Positions 11,755 to 25,003 of a stretch of 64,000 nt of DNA are shown here, piece after piece (position 1 is the stretch's first letter; the number at the start of each line of letters is the position of its first letter). The stretch lies in the NCBI GenBank assembly GCA_964016885.1, contig OZ024741.1:175026001-175090000 (forward strand), read 5' to 3'. The notes under the pieces were generated by a model that saw only the letters and a program-made list of their open reading frames with translations, ran no database searches and was not told the DNA's origin. The translations under genes and the position numbers were made by a program. Source of the stretch: Eledone cirrhosa. Lineage: Eukaryota.

Positions 11755-12790
11755 TCTAATCCGATTCAAATTATTTGGCAGTGAATTGGTGGTCGGTTTG
11801 GTTTTGTTTTGTTTTATGTTTCCATTTGTTTTTATTTATTTCTCTCGCTCTTCTCGTATGTTTCGATGCGTTAAATTTGTGAGGGTCCTAGCAGTTATTA
11901 TTTGAGGTTATATTTCCATTCTAGGGTGTATTCCATCATAACAGCACATACTGCTTCCCAGCATCATGGATTAAACTGTGAGTTAATGCCGCGGCTGTTT
12001 GACTATTGGGTAATCAGATAAGCCAAGAGTACAATCATCAATGTAGATATAGATAGAGTCTAGTGGATTTGAGAATGTGTTAGAAGTGATGAAGCAGCGT
12101 GGTAAATGATTAAGATAAACATTCATTAACTCAAGAGGATTGCTGTCTGATGCAGGCAAATTTCCTTCATCAATGTCAGGATCAACATCTTTATGGGCTT
12201 CGCGTGTTGAGTTACGTATGGCGGACTATAATGTTTAATAATTCGCGACTAGTATAACAGCTCTATACGGCTCTCATTACAATGGGATGAAAAAGCCTGT
12301 AAATGGGTATGCTTGCTCCATGGAACGGTATAATATTAGCATACCACATACATATATACACATACATGTATGCCCACGAACATATGTGTGTTGGTGTGTC
12401 AAATACACACATACTTGTGTGTATATCTGTGTGGAGAGCAACACGTGTTGGTTTGTTTTTAATTTCTTTTTCTTCTTTCTTTGTAATCCGATTCAAAAAA
12501 TTATTTGGCAGTGAATTGATGGTCGTTTTCTTTGTCCCCTTCTTTTTATTTTGTTTCCTTCTCTCGCTCTTCGCGTATATTTTGGTGCGTTATATTTGTG
12601 AGGTTCATATCAATGGTTGATAGCATTTATTATTTGTGGTTATGTTTCCATTCTAGGATGTATTCCATCATAGCAGCACATTCTGATTCCAGGAATCTTG
12701 TATTAGACAGTGAATTAATGCCGCGAATGTTTGGAACGCAAACGTATTTGAGTAATGGGTAATCCAAGCGTAAGATCATCAATGTATGGT
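11755..12790. repeat. Diverged direct duplication (about 11755-12045 vs 12484-12785)
   Basis: Both copies share aatccgattcaaa..ttatttggcagtgaattg and ttccattctagg.tgtattccatcata.cagcacat, about 730 bp apart. Confidence 0.7.
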
Positions 12791-13030
12791 AAACAAATCT
12801 TAAATAGAGTTTGGAGCAGATATTACGTTAAGAGAACATTCAGACAGAATGGATGTGGAAAAGTTGAAAATGTTTACCTCGTTTGGTGTTGAAGTTGTAG
12901 GTCCAGAAATTTTTTTTTTTCAATCACAGGAAAGTCCACACACATACATATATGTATATATACAAGTACATATATTAATGAACATGTATTTCACGTTAAA
13001 CACAGAGGGACATCAGTAAATAATAATAAC

Positions 13031-13769
13031 TGTAACAGAATAAAATGTGTGGTTGTAACGATAAGTGGATGGATGGATGTAACTGTTGGTATGGTGGTTT
13101 CGATGTAAAGAAAAATACCAGGATTGTGTTGTTACAAAGTTTATTTTATTATAACAATATTCAATTTGAATATTGAATGATAAAATCAATAACACAAAAT
13201 ATTCATACAATAATTTGGTGGCTCTTCGAGCTACGTAAATTCAATTATCACAGAATACGATTATAATATAATTTGTACTGTATCAGAAAGGTACAATATG
13301 TGTAAACAGAAATGAATGGTGCGTGTAAAAATACTGAACTCACTATGAATGCGTGTGTGCGTATCAGTATATTTACTTATTTGTATTGCAGGAGTCAGCC
13401 AGGAAGGTGAGAATAAGTGGCAGACTGGTTTTTCGTGACGAGAGCTTGTAAATGCGACTTGTCTTGTCTGTATATCACTTCTTTTCTGTCGGGGCGTGAA
13501 CAACCTCTGTATTTATAAGAGTTGAAGTTAGAAGGATAGATATATCCTCTGAACTTTGGTTAGTCTCTCCCAAGGGATTAGTTTGCCAAGCGTAAACAAG
13601 TCAGAAAGATGGATATATCCTCTGACCTATTTTTTGTCAGGCGTAAACACCTCTGACCTGTGTTTAGCCTCTCCCAAGGGGTTAGTCTCTTGAGCGTAAA
13701 CAAGTTACCACGGCTTGTCCCAGAGGCGGGAAAGCTCAGATTCGGTTTCGAATCTTCGCCGCCGTTATA
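13031..13769 (-). repeat. 3' LTR of the gypsy element
   Basis: Near-identical to 18218-18963 (a few substitutions and one 7-bp indel). Confidence 0.95.
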
Positions 13770-14144
13770 GTACCCCCTTCCAGTGAGAAAGCTAAGATTG
13801 AACGATCTAGGTGCATATGAAATGAAGATAGGTATGACTAGGTGTGTTGTTGAAGAAAATTAGTAAAAATAAAAAACACATGAAAGTCATTTACAAACAG
13901 GAGAAATGAAAGAAAACATGCAAAGCAAAAGAAATTTACATGCAGGAAAATGTACTGTGATGTTACATAAAATTGAAAATGTTCGTACGAAAAGTTTGTT
14001 GATTAAAAGTTCGTTCATTTCATAGAAACGGAAAAATGTTCTTTTGTCTGTTCTTTTGATGTGGGTGATGCACAGAGTTAATTGATTTGTGTGTAGCAAT
14101 AGTTCATGACCACAGAAATTGGCCGATTCGTTGAAATGTACAAA

Positions 14145-17100
14145 TTAGCCGAAATGTCGACCAGATGCATAATTTGTACTTACCCGATAAACTTGTACGT
14201 TTCGCGTGGGCCATCGGACTGTTCTTCCAGATTTGGTGTGTCGGGGTTGTGCAGAATTTGTCGTGTTTGTGTCGGGCAAAGTTGTTGGTGAGTCTGCTGG
14301 AGAAACGATAGGTACTGGTGGCAATTCCTGTTCTATGAACGCTTTTTTTAAACGATCAATGGAGACGGTATTTCGTTTCCCGTTCAAGTCGAGGACGAAA
14401 TACTTAGGGCGTTTCTGTATCACCTTATAGGGCCCGGAATACGGCGGACGAAGTTGCGATGGAATACCGTCATTTATAACGAAAACATGCGTCCATGTAT
14501 CGATGTCTTTTGGTATGTGTGAAGTAACGTGCTGTTGTTTAGGGGCTGAAGGAGACAGATGTGACATCGATGACCGTAAACGGTGCACATATTTTGTGGG
14601 TTTGGAAGTTCTTGTGGCGAAACAGGAGCGATCATTTGTCCGGGTAGAGTGAGTACGGTGCCATACAACATTTCAGCCGGAGAATGTCCGACTCCCTCCT
14701 TAACAGTGGAACGAATACCAAGAAGAATGAGTGGGAGGTATTCGAACCAGTTAGTGGAGTCTTCGTAAGCCTTGATAGATGCTTTTAGCTGGCGATGGAA
14801 GCGTTCTACCATGCCGTTAGTGGCAGGGTGATACGCTGTTGTACGGATGTGTTTGCACCCGAGGAGACGAGTCAGCTCGGTAAATAGGTGCGAATCGAAC
14901 TGACGTCCTCTATCCGTAGTGATGGTCGCGGGTGTGCCGAAACGCGAAACCCAGTGAAACACTAGCGTTTTGGCGACAGTTTCCGCAGTAATATCCGTCA
15001 GGGGAAAAGCTTCTGGCCAGCGAGAAAATCGGTCGATACAGGTGAGAAGATGAGTGTAGTTGTGAGAAGGAGGCAAAGGTCCAACGATGTCTATATGCAC
15101 ATGTTGGAACCGTGCATCAGGTGTTGCGAAAGAACCGATCGGGGCTTTGATGTGCCGGTGAATTTTCGCCTTCTGGCACGCGATACAGTTCCTAGCCCAT
15201 TCGCGGGTGCCCTTGTTGATGTTGGCCCACACAAAGCAGGCAACCATCAGTTTCTGCGTGGCGCGGACGCCAGGATGTGCCAGAGAATGCAGTGCCGAGA
15301 AAACGTTGCGTCGATGTTTCCGGGGCACGTATGGGCCCTCGTGGCCTGTGGAGATGTCGCACCAAATATAACCCGAAGAAGAGGGCAGCGGGCATTCCTT
15401 CAATTTCAAGGATGATTTCCGGAGTTGCAGCAGTTCCTCGTCATTCTGTTGATCCGCTGCAATCCTCTGGAGGTCGATAGTGGCAGTGGTGTGGATTGCG
15501 TTAAGCTCCATGCGCGATAGGGCATCAGCTGCTGAGTTGGTGGCACCCTTAATGTACCGAATATCAGTAGTGTACTGAGAAATGAAATCCAGATGGGTGA
15601 GTGTCGGTCAGGCTTGGCGTTGAACGCGTACACTAGTGGTTTGTGGTTGGTGTATATAGAGAACACACGACCTTCTAGCATGTGTCGAAAATGCTTGACA
15701 GCAAGGTGTGCTGCCAATAATTCACGACTGAATGTGCTGTACTTAGTTTCAGCGGGTTTTAATCGCTTAGAGAAAAAAGATACAGGTCGCCAAATATCGT
15801 CAGAGAGTTGTTGAAGCACACCTCCAACTCCGAAATCGGATGCATCAGTCAATAAACACATTGGGGCGTCAGGTTTGGGGTAACTCAGCATTGTAACCTC
15901 GGACAACATTTTCTTCAACTCAGCGAAAGCGGTACATTCTTTTTCGCTGAGCTTGATGTTTGCGTTTTTGGTTGTACGCTGCCGCAGCAAATCTGTGAGT
16001 GGTTGGGCTGTCTCTGCACAGTGGGGTATAAATCTTCTGTAGAAGTTTACCAGGCCAAGAAATTCTCGCAGTTTGCGGAGAGATGTAGGTTGTGGAAAAT
16101 CAATGATGGATTTGACTTTCTCCTTAAGTGGGCGAATACCATCTTTGTCAATGATGTGTCCCAGAAAATGAAGGGACGCAACTCCGAACTCACATTTGCT
16201 GGGGTTGATAACAATTCCGTATTCACGCAAACGTGTGAATAGGAGATCCAGGTGTTTCTCATGTTCTTCATCGGAGTTGCTGGCCACCAGTAAGTCGTCA
16301 ATGTATGCGTATACAAAAAGTAGACCTCTGGTGACTGTATCGATGAATCGCTGGAATGTCTGCGCTACATTTCGCAAACCGAAAGGCATACGCAGAAATT
16401 CGAATATTCCAAAGGGTGTTGTGACGGCGGTCTTTGGAATATCTGCGGGCTCAACGGGTATCTGATTGTAAGCTCGCACAAGATCGATCTTCGAAAATAT
16501 GCGAGCCCCGTGCAGCGAGCTAGAGAAGTCCTGTAGATGAGGCACTGGATAAGAATCAGGAACGGTGCAGTTGTTCAGTGCACGGTAGTCGCCACAGATT
16601 CGCCAGTCATTCGACGACTTCTTGGGTACACAGTGCATGGGTGAGGACCAGTTGCTGCTGGACGGACGTATGATGCCGAGATCCAGCATGTGCTGAAATT
16701 CTTGTTTGACGGACTTCAGCCGGTCTGGTGGTAGCTTTCTAGGTCGTGCAGCGACAGGTGGGCCGTGTGTTTTTATGTGGTGTGTGACGTCATGTTTTAC
16801 AGGGCAAGCGTTGAATAGTGGTCGAGCTACGTCTGGGTATTTGTTGATGATGTGGTTGTGCCGGGTTGTTGTTGTCGATCGTGAAATGACTGGACTGACT
16901 GTGGCTGTCCTAGCGGCTATGCCGCGCACAGCGAGACCAGTGGAGTTGTCAACGAGACGTTGGTTTTTCAGGTCCACTAGAAGCGAGAAGTGCTGAAGAA
17001 AGTCAGCTCCTAAAATAGGGGTCGGCAGCTTAACCACAACGAATACCCACTGGAAAGTGCGGCGTAGTCCCAAATTTAGTGTCAGAGACTGTTCTCCGTA

Positions 17101-17391
17101 GGTCGGAATATGTGAGTGATTCACCGCCTGGAGCCAGGCTGGTGTCTCTCTCCTTTTTCCAGGAACGCAGGAAACCGGGATGATGCTGACTTCAGTACCG
17201 GTGTCGACCAGGAAACGCGTGCCTGTGACGCGATCCTGAATGAAAAATAGGTGACTTTGGTTATGAGGGCCAGAAACGTCCGTCGCATTCAGTTTCTGGC
17301 TGTGTCGTTTCCCTGATTCGTTTTCGAAACAAATGAACATGGATGGCTGCACTTTTGCGCTCGTCTCCCGAATCTTTGGTGGTACCAACAC
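14145..17391 (-). pseudogene. gypsy pol (protease, RT, RNase H, integrase) with frameshifts
   Basis: FLVDTG (PR); [21 protein letters not shown] (RT); [12 protein letters not shown] (RH); H..HPG...[22 protein letters not shown] (IN); GPY motif. ORFs 15406..17391, 14474..15511 and 14145..14588. Confidence 0.92.
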
Positions 17392-17441
17392 ATTTCTGGT
17401 GAATCCCGAGATGCGCTCGGACTTCTTGAGCGACCACCAAA

Positions 17442-18190
17442 TCAGCGAGTTCGACTGTTGGACCGACGCGTGGCAGGGTTGCCCAGTGACAAGGCCTGAA
17501 TTTGTTGCGTCAAGGCCTGTATCTGTGTTGCTTGCTGTGCCAGTAACTGGTGTAGATCGGGCATCTCTGTGGCACTGGAGGGCTGAAGAAAAGGATTGGC
17601 GTAAGGCACGGCTGACGTCACATTCGCTAAAGTTGAGTGCGGATGTGGTACCTCCATGATCTTATCTGCCAGCTCGGCGAGTTTTTCTATGGTGGTGGAC
17701 TCCCTGGTGGATGCTAGTACAACTTGTGTGGCAGAAGGCAAACGCTGGAGGAAGAGTTGCTTGAAAATTTCATCCGGGAGTTTATGTTCTCCCAGAAGCT
17801 GCTTCATTCGCCGTAGGAGTTGCGTCGGCTTTTTATCTCCTAATTCCTCCGATATGAGGAGCTGGTGTAAACGCTTCTGCCGCGACTCCGACGTCCGCTT
17901 AACTAATGTTCTTTTAAATGTGTCATATGACACAGAGCCGGGTGGTGCTAAAATGAGGTCTCAAACCTCATTCATAATCTCCGGAGACATCGAACCGATG
18001 AGATGTGTGAGACGGGATGCCTCGCTAACGATCCGGTTCGATGCAAACTGCGCTTCGATGTGCGCGAACCACAGTGTTGGATCGTGCACCCAGAATGGTG
18101 GAATCCTTAATGCCGCCCTGACTGCTATTTCTGCCGTAGATGAATCGTCGTGTGCTAGAGAGATCGTTTGTAGTGGATGATCAGAAGGTT
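17442..18190 (-). pseudogene. gypsy gag, frameshifted
   Basis: IPPFWVHDPTLWFAHIEAQF motif near 18100, then ORF 17442..17933 ([29 protein letters not shown]). Confidence 0.8.
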
Positions 18191-18204
18191 GTATGTCTGT
18201 TTTA

Positions 18205-18215
18205 CGGGGTCACCA
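18205..18215 (-). promoter_or_regulatory. Primer-binding site, tRNA-Trp type (TGGTGACCCCG)
   Basis: Starts 2 nt inside the 5' LTR end and is complementary to the 3' end of eukaryotic tRNA-Trp. Confidence 0.8.
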
Positions 18216-18217
18216 GT

Positions 18218-18963
18218 TGGAACAGAATAAAATGTGTGGTTGTAACGATAAGTGGATGGATGGATGTAACTGTTGGTATGGTGGTTTCGATGTAAAGAAA
18301 CATACTAGGATTGTGTTGTTACAAAGTTTATTTTATTATAACAATATTCAATTTGAATATTGAATGATAAAATCAATAACACAAAATATTCATACAATAA
18401 TTTGGTGGCTCTTCGAGCTACGTAAATTCAAGTATCACAGAATACGATTATAATATAATTTGTACTGTATCAGAAAGGTACAATATGTGTAAACAGAAAT
18501 GAATGGTGCGTGTAAAAATACTGAACTCACTATGAATGCGTGTGTGCGTATCAGTATATTTACTTATTTGTATTGCAGGAGTCAGCGATCAGCCAGGAAG
18601 GTGAGAATAAGTGGCAGACTGGTTTTTCGTGACGAGAGCTTGTAAATGCGACTTGTCTTGTCTGTATATCACTTCTTTTCTGTCAGGGTGTGAACAACCC
18701 CTGTATTTATAAGAGTTGAAGTTAGAAGGATAGATATATCCTCTGAACTTTGGTTAGTCTCTCCCAAGGGATTAGTTTGCCAAGCGTAAACAAGTCAGAA
18801 AGATGGATATATCCTCTGACCTATTTTCTGTCAGGCGTAAACACCTCTGACCTGTGTTTAGCCTCTCCCAAGGGGTTAGTCTCTTGAGCGTAAACAAGTT
18901 ACCACGGCTTGTCCCAGAGGTGGGAAAGCTCAGATTCGGTTTCGAATCTTCGCCGCCGTTATA
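18218..18963 (-). repeat. 5' LTR of the gypsy element
   Basis: Direct repeat of 13031-13769, followed on the minus strand by the PBS. Confidence 0.95.
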
Positions 18964-19392
18964 TAACGATATTTAGATATGAAAATATAGATGTACATAT
19001 CTTTATTTCGGGGATTATTTTTTTCCCCTGTGTGTGTAGCAACACGTGGTTGTGTGTGTTGCTGCTGACTCTAGCAGAGCCCAAGAAAACACGTCTATCC
19101 TTCAAGACGATATTTCAGTAACTGAAGATTGCGTCAATTAATACGAAACATCGTTGCATCCTTTGTTTCTAGAGACATACGATATTTTCCCACCTTTGTG
19201 TCCAAATGAACATTTAACCATTCCTATGAAGAATGTTTATATAGCAGAAGATATGGGGGACGGGAAAATTTAGGTTTGTCATTTCGGGGTTTAATATTTT
19301 TGAGATTAAGGCCAATTTTTCTAAAGTCAGCTATTCAGAACACTTTTAGTAGATTTTAAAGTATATTTGTAAGTAGTTTGTGCAGACCTGTC

Positions 19393-21550
19393 TATAACAA
19401 AATACTAGTGTGTATGAATATAACAGGAGACTCAGTTGTGTATATAAAGTTTAATTAACAAGTTGAAGTTATGTAGTATAGAATTGTTGACATGTCAAGA
19501 GTAGATGAAATATGAAGTAAAGTTATTTGTTACTTTTTTGAAGTTAGCTTGCAAGAGACCATGTTAGGGTTGCCAGAGAGTAGAGACTCGGCGAACGCGC
19601 CTGGCCGAAGGCCAGCAGCCGAAAGAGCAAATGAGAGAGAGAAGACGGAAGTGACAAAAAGGGTTCTGCCACTCCAACGGGAAGTAACTCCAGCTACTTC
19701 CTGTCTAGAGAGCGTTAATCTATTGGTGATGTGATCATCACAACAAGGGAGGCAACTCTTGCTACATTATCTCCCGTCAGATTTTTAAAACATAAAAATC
19801 GAATGAACCATGTATGAAATAAGATGGCGAGCATGTTGTAACTCCAACGTCCAGGCATGAAAATTACGAAAAAAATAATGTTTGCAATAAAAGGAAAACA
19901 GCAAAATATATGCATGAAAAAATCAATGATAGATATCAAGGTAGCCAACCACTCTTGGCCAGAGAACGACTGGACATCTATCTATCCATCACTCAAAGAT
20001 ACAATGTAATCAAAGTAAAAGAAGAGGTCAAAGTTCAAATGTTCAAAATACAGTTCACAGGTGTGCAATCACATGACAGCAGGAAAGAAAGTGTGTCCTC
20101 CAGAGAATGTATGCAGGTGGTCTCTAGACTGTGGTACAACGTGAAATTCGGTGGATTTTCTCACAGGAAGAGTGCTGCAAAAATAAATTCTCTGGCTTGT
20201 TCTGCTGGTTTTAGTTGTTGATGAAGCTGTGTTGTTGTTGCTGATGTTGTTGTCTCGCGGAGTGAGCGTATTCGATGTTGTTTAAATTCACAGTAACAAG
20301 TTTCCCATAAAAAATGAGTTGCGCAAAGTGCTAGAAATAACAGCCAAAGTTGATGGTCGATGTTGAGAATGCGTTGACCTGGAAGGGTCAAGAGGCCAGC
20401 GACCAAAGAAATAAGCATTCTGAATAAATGCGCAGTTTTCAACGGCAAATTTACGTGGTAAATTTTTAAACCGGCAAATAGGTGAATATAGCTTAAGGCT
20501 GGAGAATCCTTGTCAAGAAACATTATCTATGGTGTGTGTTATCTCAGTGAGTCGAGATGTGTGCTCCCCACACGTGCCGAAATAAGGTTAAAGTCAAGTT
20601 TAAAAAAAAAAATTTCTATTGCGCGAAAATGATAGTGCAACAGGTCGTTAGCAGCCATTTTGAAAAGTTTTTGTGTGAACGTGATAATATGATGAAAAAG
20701 AAAGAAAGGCTTCACTTGGTATAACAAATATGGCGAGTTCAACTTTTTTGTGAACGATGAAAAATGCTTGGCGGAAAGAATAAGCAATAGTTGAGATTGA
20801 GCGAAAATAAATGTTCATGTTGAAAACTGTAAAAAAAAAAAAAAAAAATTTTCGTTGTAAGAAAAAACGAAAAACATATATATATCCAGTGAAATGCGAC
20901 ACTTAGTTGATGTACGACACGTGCGTGAGAGAAAAAGAATCTGTCTGAACGAGAATTTCACATGTGCGTGTGTTCGTTTCTGTGTCTGCGTATTTTCCTA
21001 GTTTGTTAATAAAGTTTGCTGCGTATTCGAAATGTTGGTCGACACATTCCAACGAAAATGGGGTACTGCTAATTAATTTTCTTTTTTCCATACTCACACA
21101 ACACCAGATTCTGTTATTTTTTTCTTTTCTATTCGGGGTCACCACTTATAACAAAATACTAGTGTGTATGAATATAACAGGAGGATCAGTGTGTATATAA
21201 AGTTTAATTAACAAGTTGAAGTTATGTAGTATAGAATTGTTGACATGTCAAGAGTAAATGAAATATGAAGTAAAGTTATTTGTTACCGTTTTGAAGTTAG
21301 CTCGCAAGAAACCATGTTAGGGTTGCCAGAGAGTAGATACTCGGCGAACGCGCTTGGCCGAAGGCCAGCAGCCGAAAGGGCAAATGAGAGAGAGATCGCT
21401 CTGAGTATCCCTTTTATAGGGTCACAAGACGAAAGTGACAAAAAGGGTTCTGCCACCCCAACGGGAAGTAACTCCAGCTACGTCCTGTCTAGAGAGCGTT
21501 AATCTATTGGTGATGTGATCGTCACAACAAGGGAGGCAACCCTTGCTACA
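19393..21550 (-). mobile_element. Non-autonomous LTR retroelement (TRIM/LARD-like)
   Basis: LTRs at 19393-19766 and 21147-21550, 4-bp TSD TGTC, PBS TGGTGACCCCG (21134-21144), purine tract GGGAGATAA before the 3' LTR, and about 1.4 kb interior without recognisable gag/pol. Confidence 0.9.
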
Positions 21551-22335
21551 TGTCAACTCTCTCAGTCCGACGAGAAGATCACCCACCCACTTTGGGGTGG
21601 GTGAGAGATGTCTTCTCTTGTGGAAATGAGTATAGCTTTCATTATGTAAAATCTCCCAAGGGCGGTGGATTGGCAGTATCAGTAGAGGGTCGGACGCCAT
21701 GCTTTCCAGCATAGTTACGTCCCTTTACGATCTGAGTTCAAATCCCGCCGAGGTTGACTTTGCCTTTTATCCTTGCAGGGTCGATAAAATAAAGTACCAG
21801 TAATGCACTGGGTAATTGCTGGCCTTGTGCCTAAAGTAGAAACAATTATGTAAAATCTCCCTATTTTACCCCATTTCTCCCCGTTTTGGGGCACTCTTTT
21901 TCATGGTATTCCCCGTTTGGAGTTTAGAGGTTGGCAGGTCTGGCGTGTGTCCACATGGCTTTCTGGCTTATAGACTCAGCCATATGAGATTTACCCCCAC
22001 AAATCGTGCAAATTTAGAATCAGAGGCTTTTTGAAGTGATGTGATGGGGCTATGATCAAAATAGACCTGTCAACTCTCCCCGTCCGACAGGGAGATCTCC
22101 CACCCACTTTGGGGTGGGTGAGAGATGTTTTCTCTTATGGAAATGGGTATAGCTTTCATTATGTAAAACCTCCCCATTTTGCCTCACATCTCGTTTTGGG
22201 GCCCTCTTTTTCATGGTATTCCCTGTTTGTAGTTTTAGGGTTGGCAGGCCTGGCGTGTGTCCACATGGCTTTTTGGCTTATAGACTCTGCCATATGGGAT
22301 TTACCCCTACAAATCGCGCAAATTTGGAATCAGGG
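21551..22335. repeat. Tandemly duplicated unit of about 270-290 bp, containing imperfect inverted repeats (AGACCTGTCAACTC...GGTTGGCAGG(T/C)CT)
   Basis: Copy 1 = 19385-19392 + 21551-22025 (interrupted by the LTR element and a SINE); copy 2 = 22063-22335. Confidence 0.7.
21658..21844 (+). mobile_element. tRNA-derived SINE, family 1
   Basis: Same sequence as 11452-11632; 17-bp TSD attatgtaaaatctccc. Confidence 0.9.
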
Positions 22336-24752
22336 GAATTCCGGGAGTATTTCTATTTTTGAACGTTGAAACTCGTCAGGCTCGGAGCTTGTTTTTAATA
22401 TCATACCCCGCGGTTATCCATTTGCAGTCTACACATTCTCCCTAAACATACTTCTCTTGCCTTTGGTCCTGTATTAGTCTCTATTTTTATTTTTACTTCG
22501 TTCTTAGTAATATCGTTTTATTTCAGTAAGACTGTTTTGTTCAAAGAAACGTTGTTGCTTTTCTAAATGACTGAATTTATTTTTGGCGACAGAGCAAATA
22601 ATATTTCACGTTGGCGTTCTTTGATGTCGGTTGGTTGTGTGTAACTTTTGTTATTTTGTATTATATATTTTTGTCTATCTTTAATTTTGCACTTGGTTTA
22701 CTTTTCCTTTTGATCACGTTAAGGATTACAAGATATTTTCTTTCATTTTATATCTTTCTTTGTATGTTTGTTTTCCTTTTTGTTAGTTATTTTTAATAGT
22801 TTGTTTTGGAAAGAACCTTTAAAGGCCCTTTGTGACCAATGAAATCGTTGTGGTTAGTATTCACTTTGAACAGTTGCGTAGAAGTGGCTATTATTGGCGA
22901 TGATTGAAAGTAAGTTATTCTTATGTAGGAGGTAGAATGTGAGAACAAAACTTCATTTTGGGGCGCCCCAGAGTTTATTTGTGAGAGGGTTTCTCACAAC
23001 CAGCATAGATAAACCGGCGGCGGGATGTCGAGGCTTTTATACATCAATAGCTTGTCAACAGCTTGATAATGATTTAACATCGCAAATATATTATGATAGT
23101 GAAGAGAATAGATTGCTGATGCGTTGACCTAAAGTCAATAGATACACTCTGCACACTACAACATTAAAACATAATAATATGAACACATGTTTATGAATAT
23201 AATGTATATATAAAGATGTTTACACTAGTCTATACATGCATTGTTGAACAAATATATAGATATACTCTGTTGTACAGTACAGTATTAAAACAAAGCCGTG
23301 TCAACTCATGTCTATGAAGATATCGTATATGTAGACAAAGAGTATACATTTGTCTATATATGCTTTGTTGGCTATCAAATCTATATACTCTGCGGCGTAG
23401 TACAGCAGAGAAGAGAATGTGTCAACCAGTAAAAGATAACTAATAATTATCACTTTTCTCTTTTATAACACGACTGAGAATAAAATTTAATATATTTTCC
23501 AGCCCCTTTCCGCCAACAAAGAAACAACCAAAAAATAACTCATCATTACAAAAAATATAAAACAAAAGCAGTATACTCTTCCTGCATAAAAAACAAACAA
23601 ACAAGCAAATCGAGAAAAATCAAAAACGCAAAGAAATAATCAATATCCTGTATTGTCTTGAGATTATATATTTACCATTCTCCACAGCCGGCTTTGGGGA
23701 TGATAGTCACAGAGTCGCCGCTTGAATTCATGTTCTTTACACTTAATATCCTGATATTTCTTGAGGTGAAAAGGTTTGGCATAAAAAGAAAATGGCGATA
23801 GAATCATTGAACGAGCAATAAATAACGTACGACCATCGATAAAAATTACAGATACCTAATGCTTTCACTTTGTGTAAAAATCATTCATCTATAACCTTTT
23901 CCAACATTTATATTTGAATGCTACGATTTGATTTTGTCAGAGGAAAAGAAAGGCTTAATAATAATAATAATAACACTATTACCATCTTCAATTCCCTATC
24001 ACCATCTTATGCTAACTTTATCATTAATCATTGCTGTCGTTTGCAACAACTGAACCGCCAACCGCTCTGTTAACTGTGTAACAGCTAGCTCTCATTCAAA
24101 TTTTCACCTTGTCAGTTTATGTTGCCATTGATGGTGTTTTTATTTCCAGCTAATACGTCTTCGTTATTCCTGCAATTTTAATTACAATTATTAGCCGTTA
24201 TATTTCATCCTTGGATTTGGCAATCTTCCATTTAGGTGTGATGATCTCTGCAAATGTTGGCAAAAATGTTTTCAGCTATTTCTCTTAGTTGGATGTTCAA
24301 TACAATATTATTATTATAACTATACATTATTTACTTATTCAAGGTCGATTGAATTGGCCAAATCTGCAACAGCTGGAACTTATAGCTGTGATATTCAATG
24401 GCTAATGTCTTGTGCTGCATCGAAATAGAATCAGTTAACTGTCAATCTATTCAACAATCTCCCTCTTTCTCGCTCTTCCAACACCTACTTATACACACTC
24501 ATACACACACATACAGTATGATTGTAGAGGAAGAATATAATATGTATTTATTATAGAGCGCTATATACGTTTGTTTGTTAATTTTCTTAAAACACTGATA
24601 TATGTGTGTATATTATTTTGTTCTTTAGTTTGTTTTAAGCGTCACGGCTAAAGCCATTCTGGAGCATTACCTTCAGAATTGAATGGTTTTGTGTGGCCTC
24701 CCTTTGCATGAGCAAGGAAATACGTATACATGCATGCATACGTACATGCATG

Positions 24753-24990
<238 letters not shown>

Positions 24991-25003
24991 TGGAATTAAT
25001 ATG

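Larger units (their letters stand above)
13031..18963 (-). mobile_element. Ty3/gypsy LTR retrotransposon, structurally complete, with frameshifted gag-pol
   Basis: Two LTRs (13031-13769, 18218-18963), 4-bp TSD TAAC, PBS TGGTGACCCCG after the 5' LTR, PPT GGAAGGGGG before the 3' LTR, and domain order gag-PR-RT-RH-IN. Confidence 0.95.

Noticed and set aside
19115-19165. Hammerhead-like CUGAAGA...GAAAC
   Set aside because: Stems I and II do not pair convincingly; at best a decayed motif.
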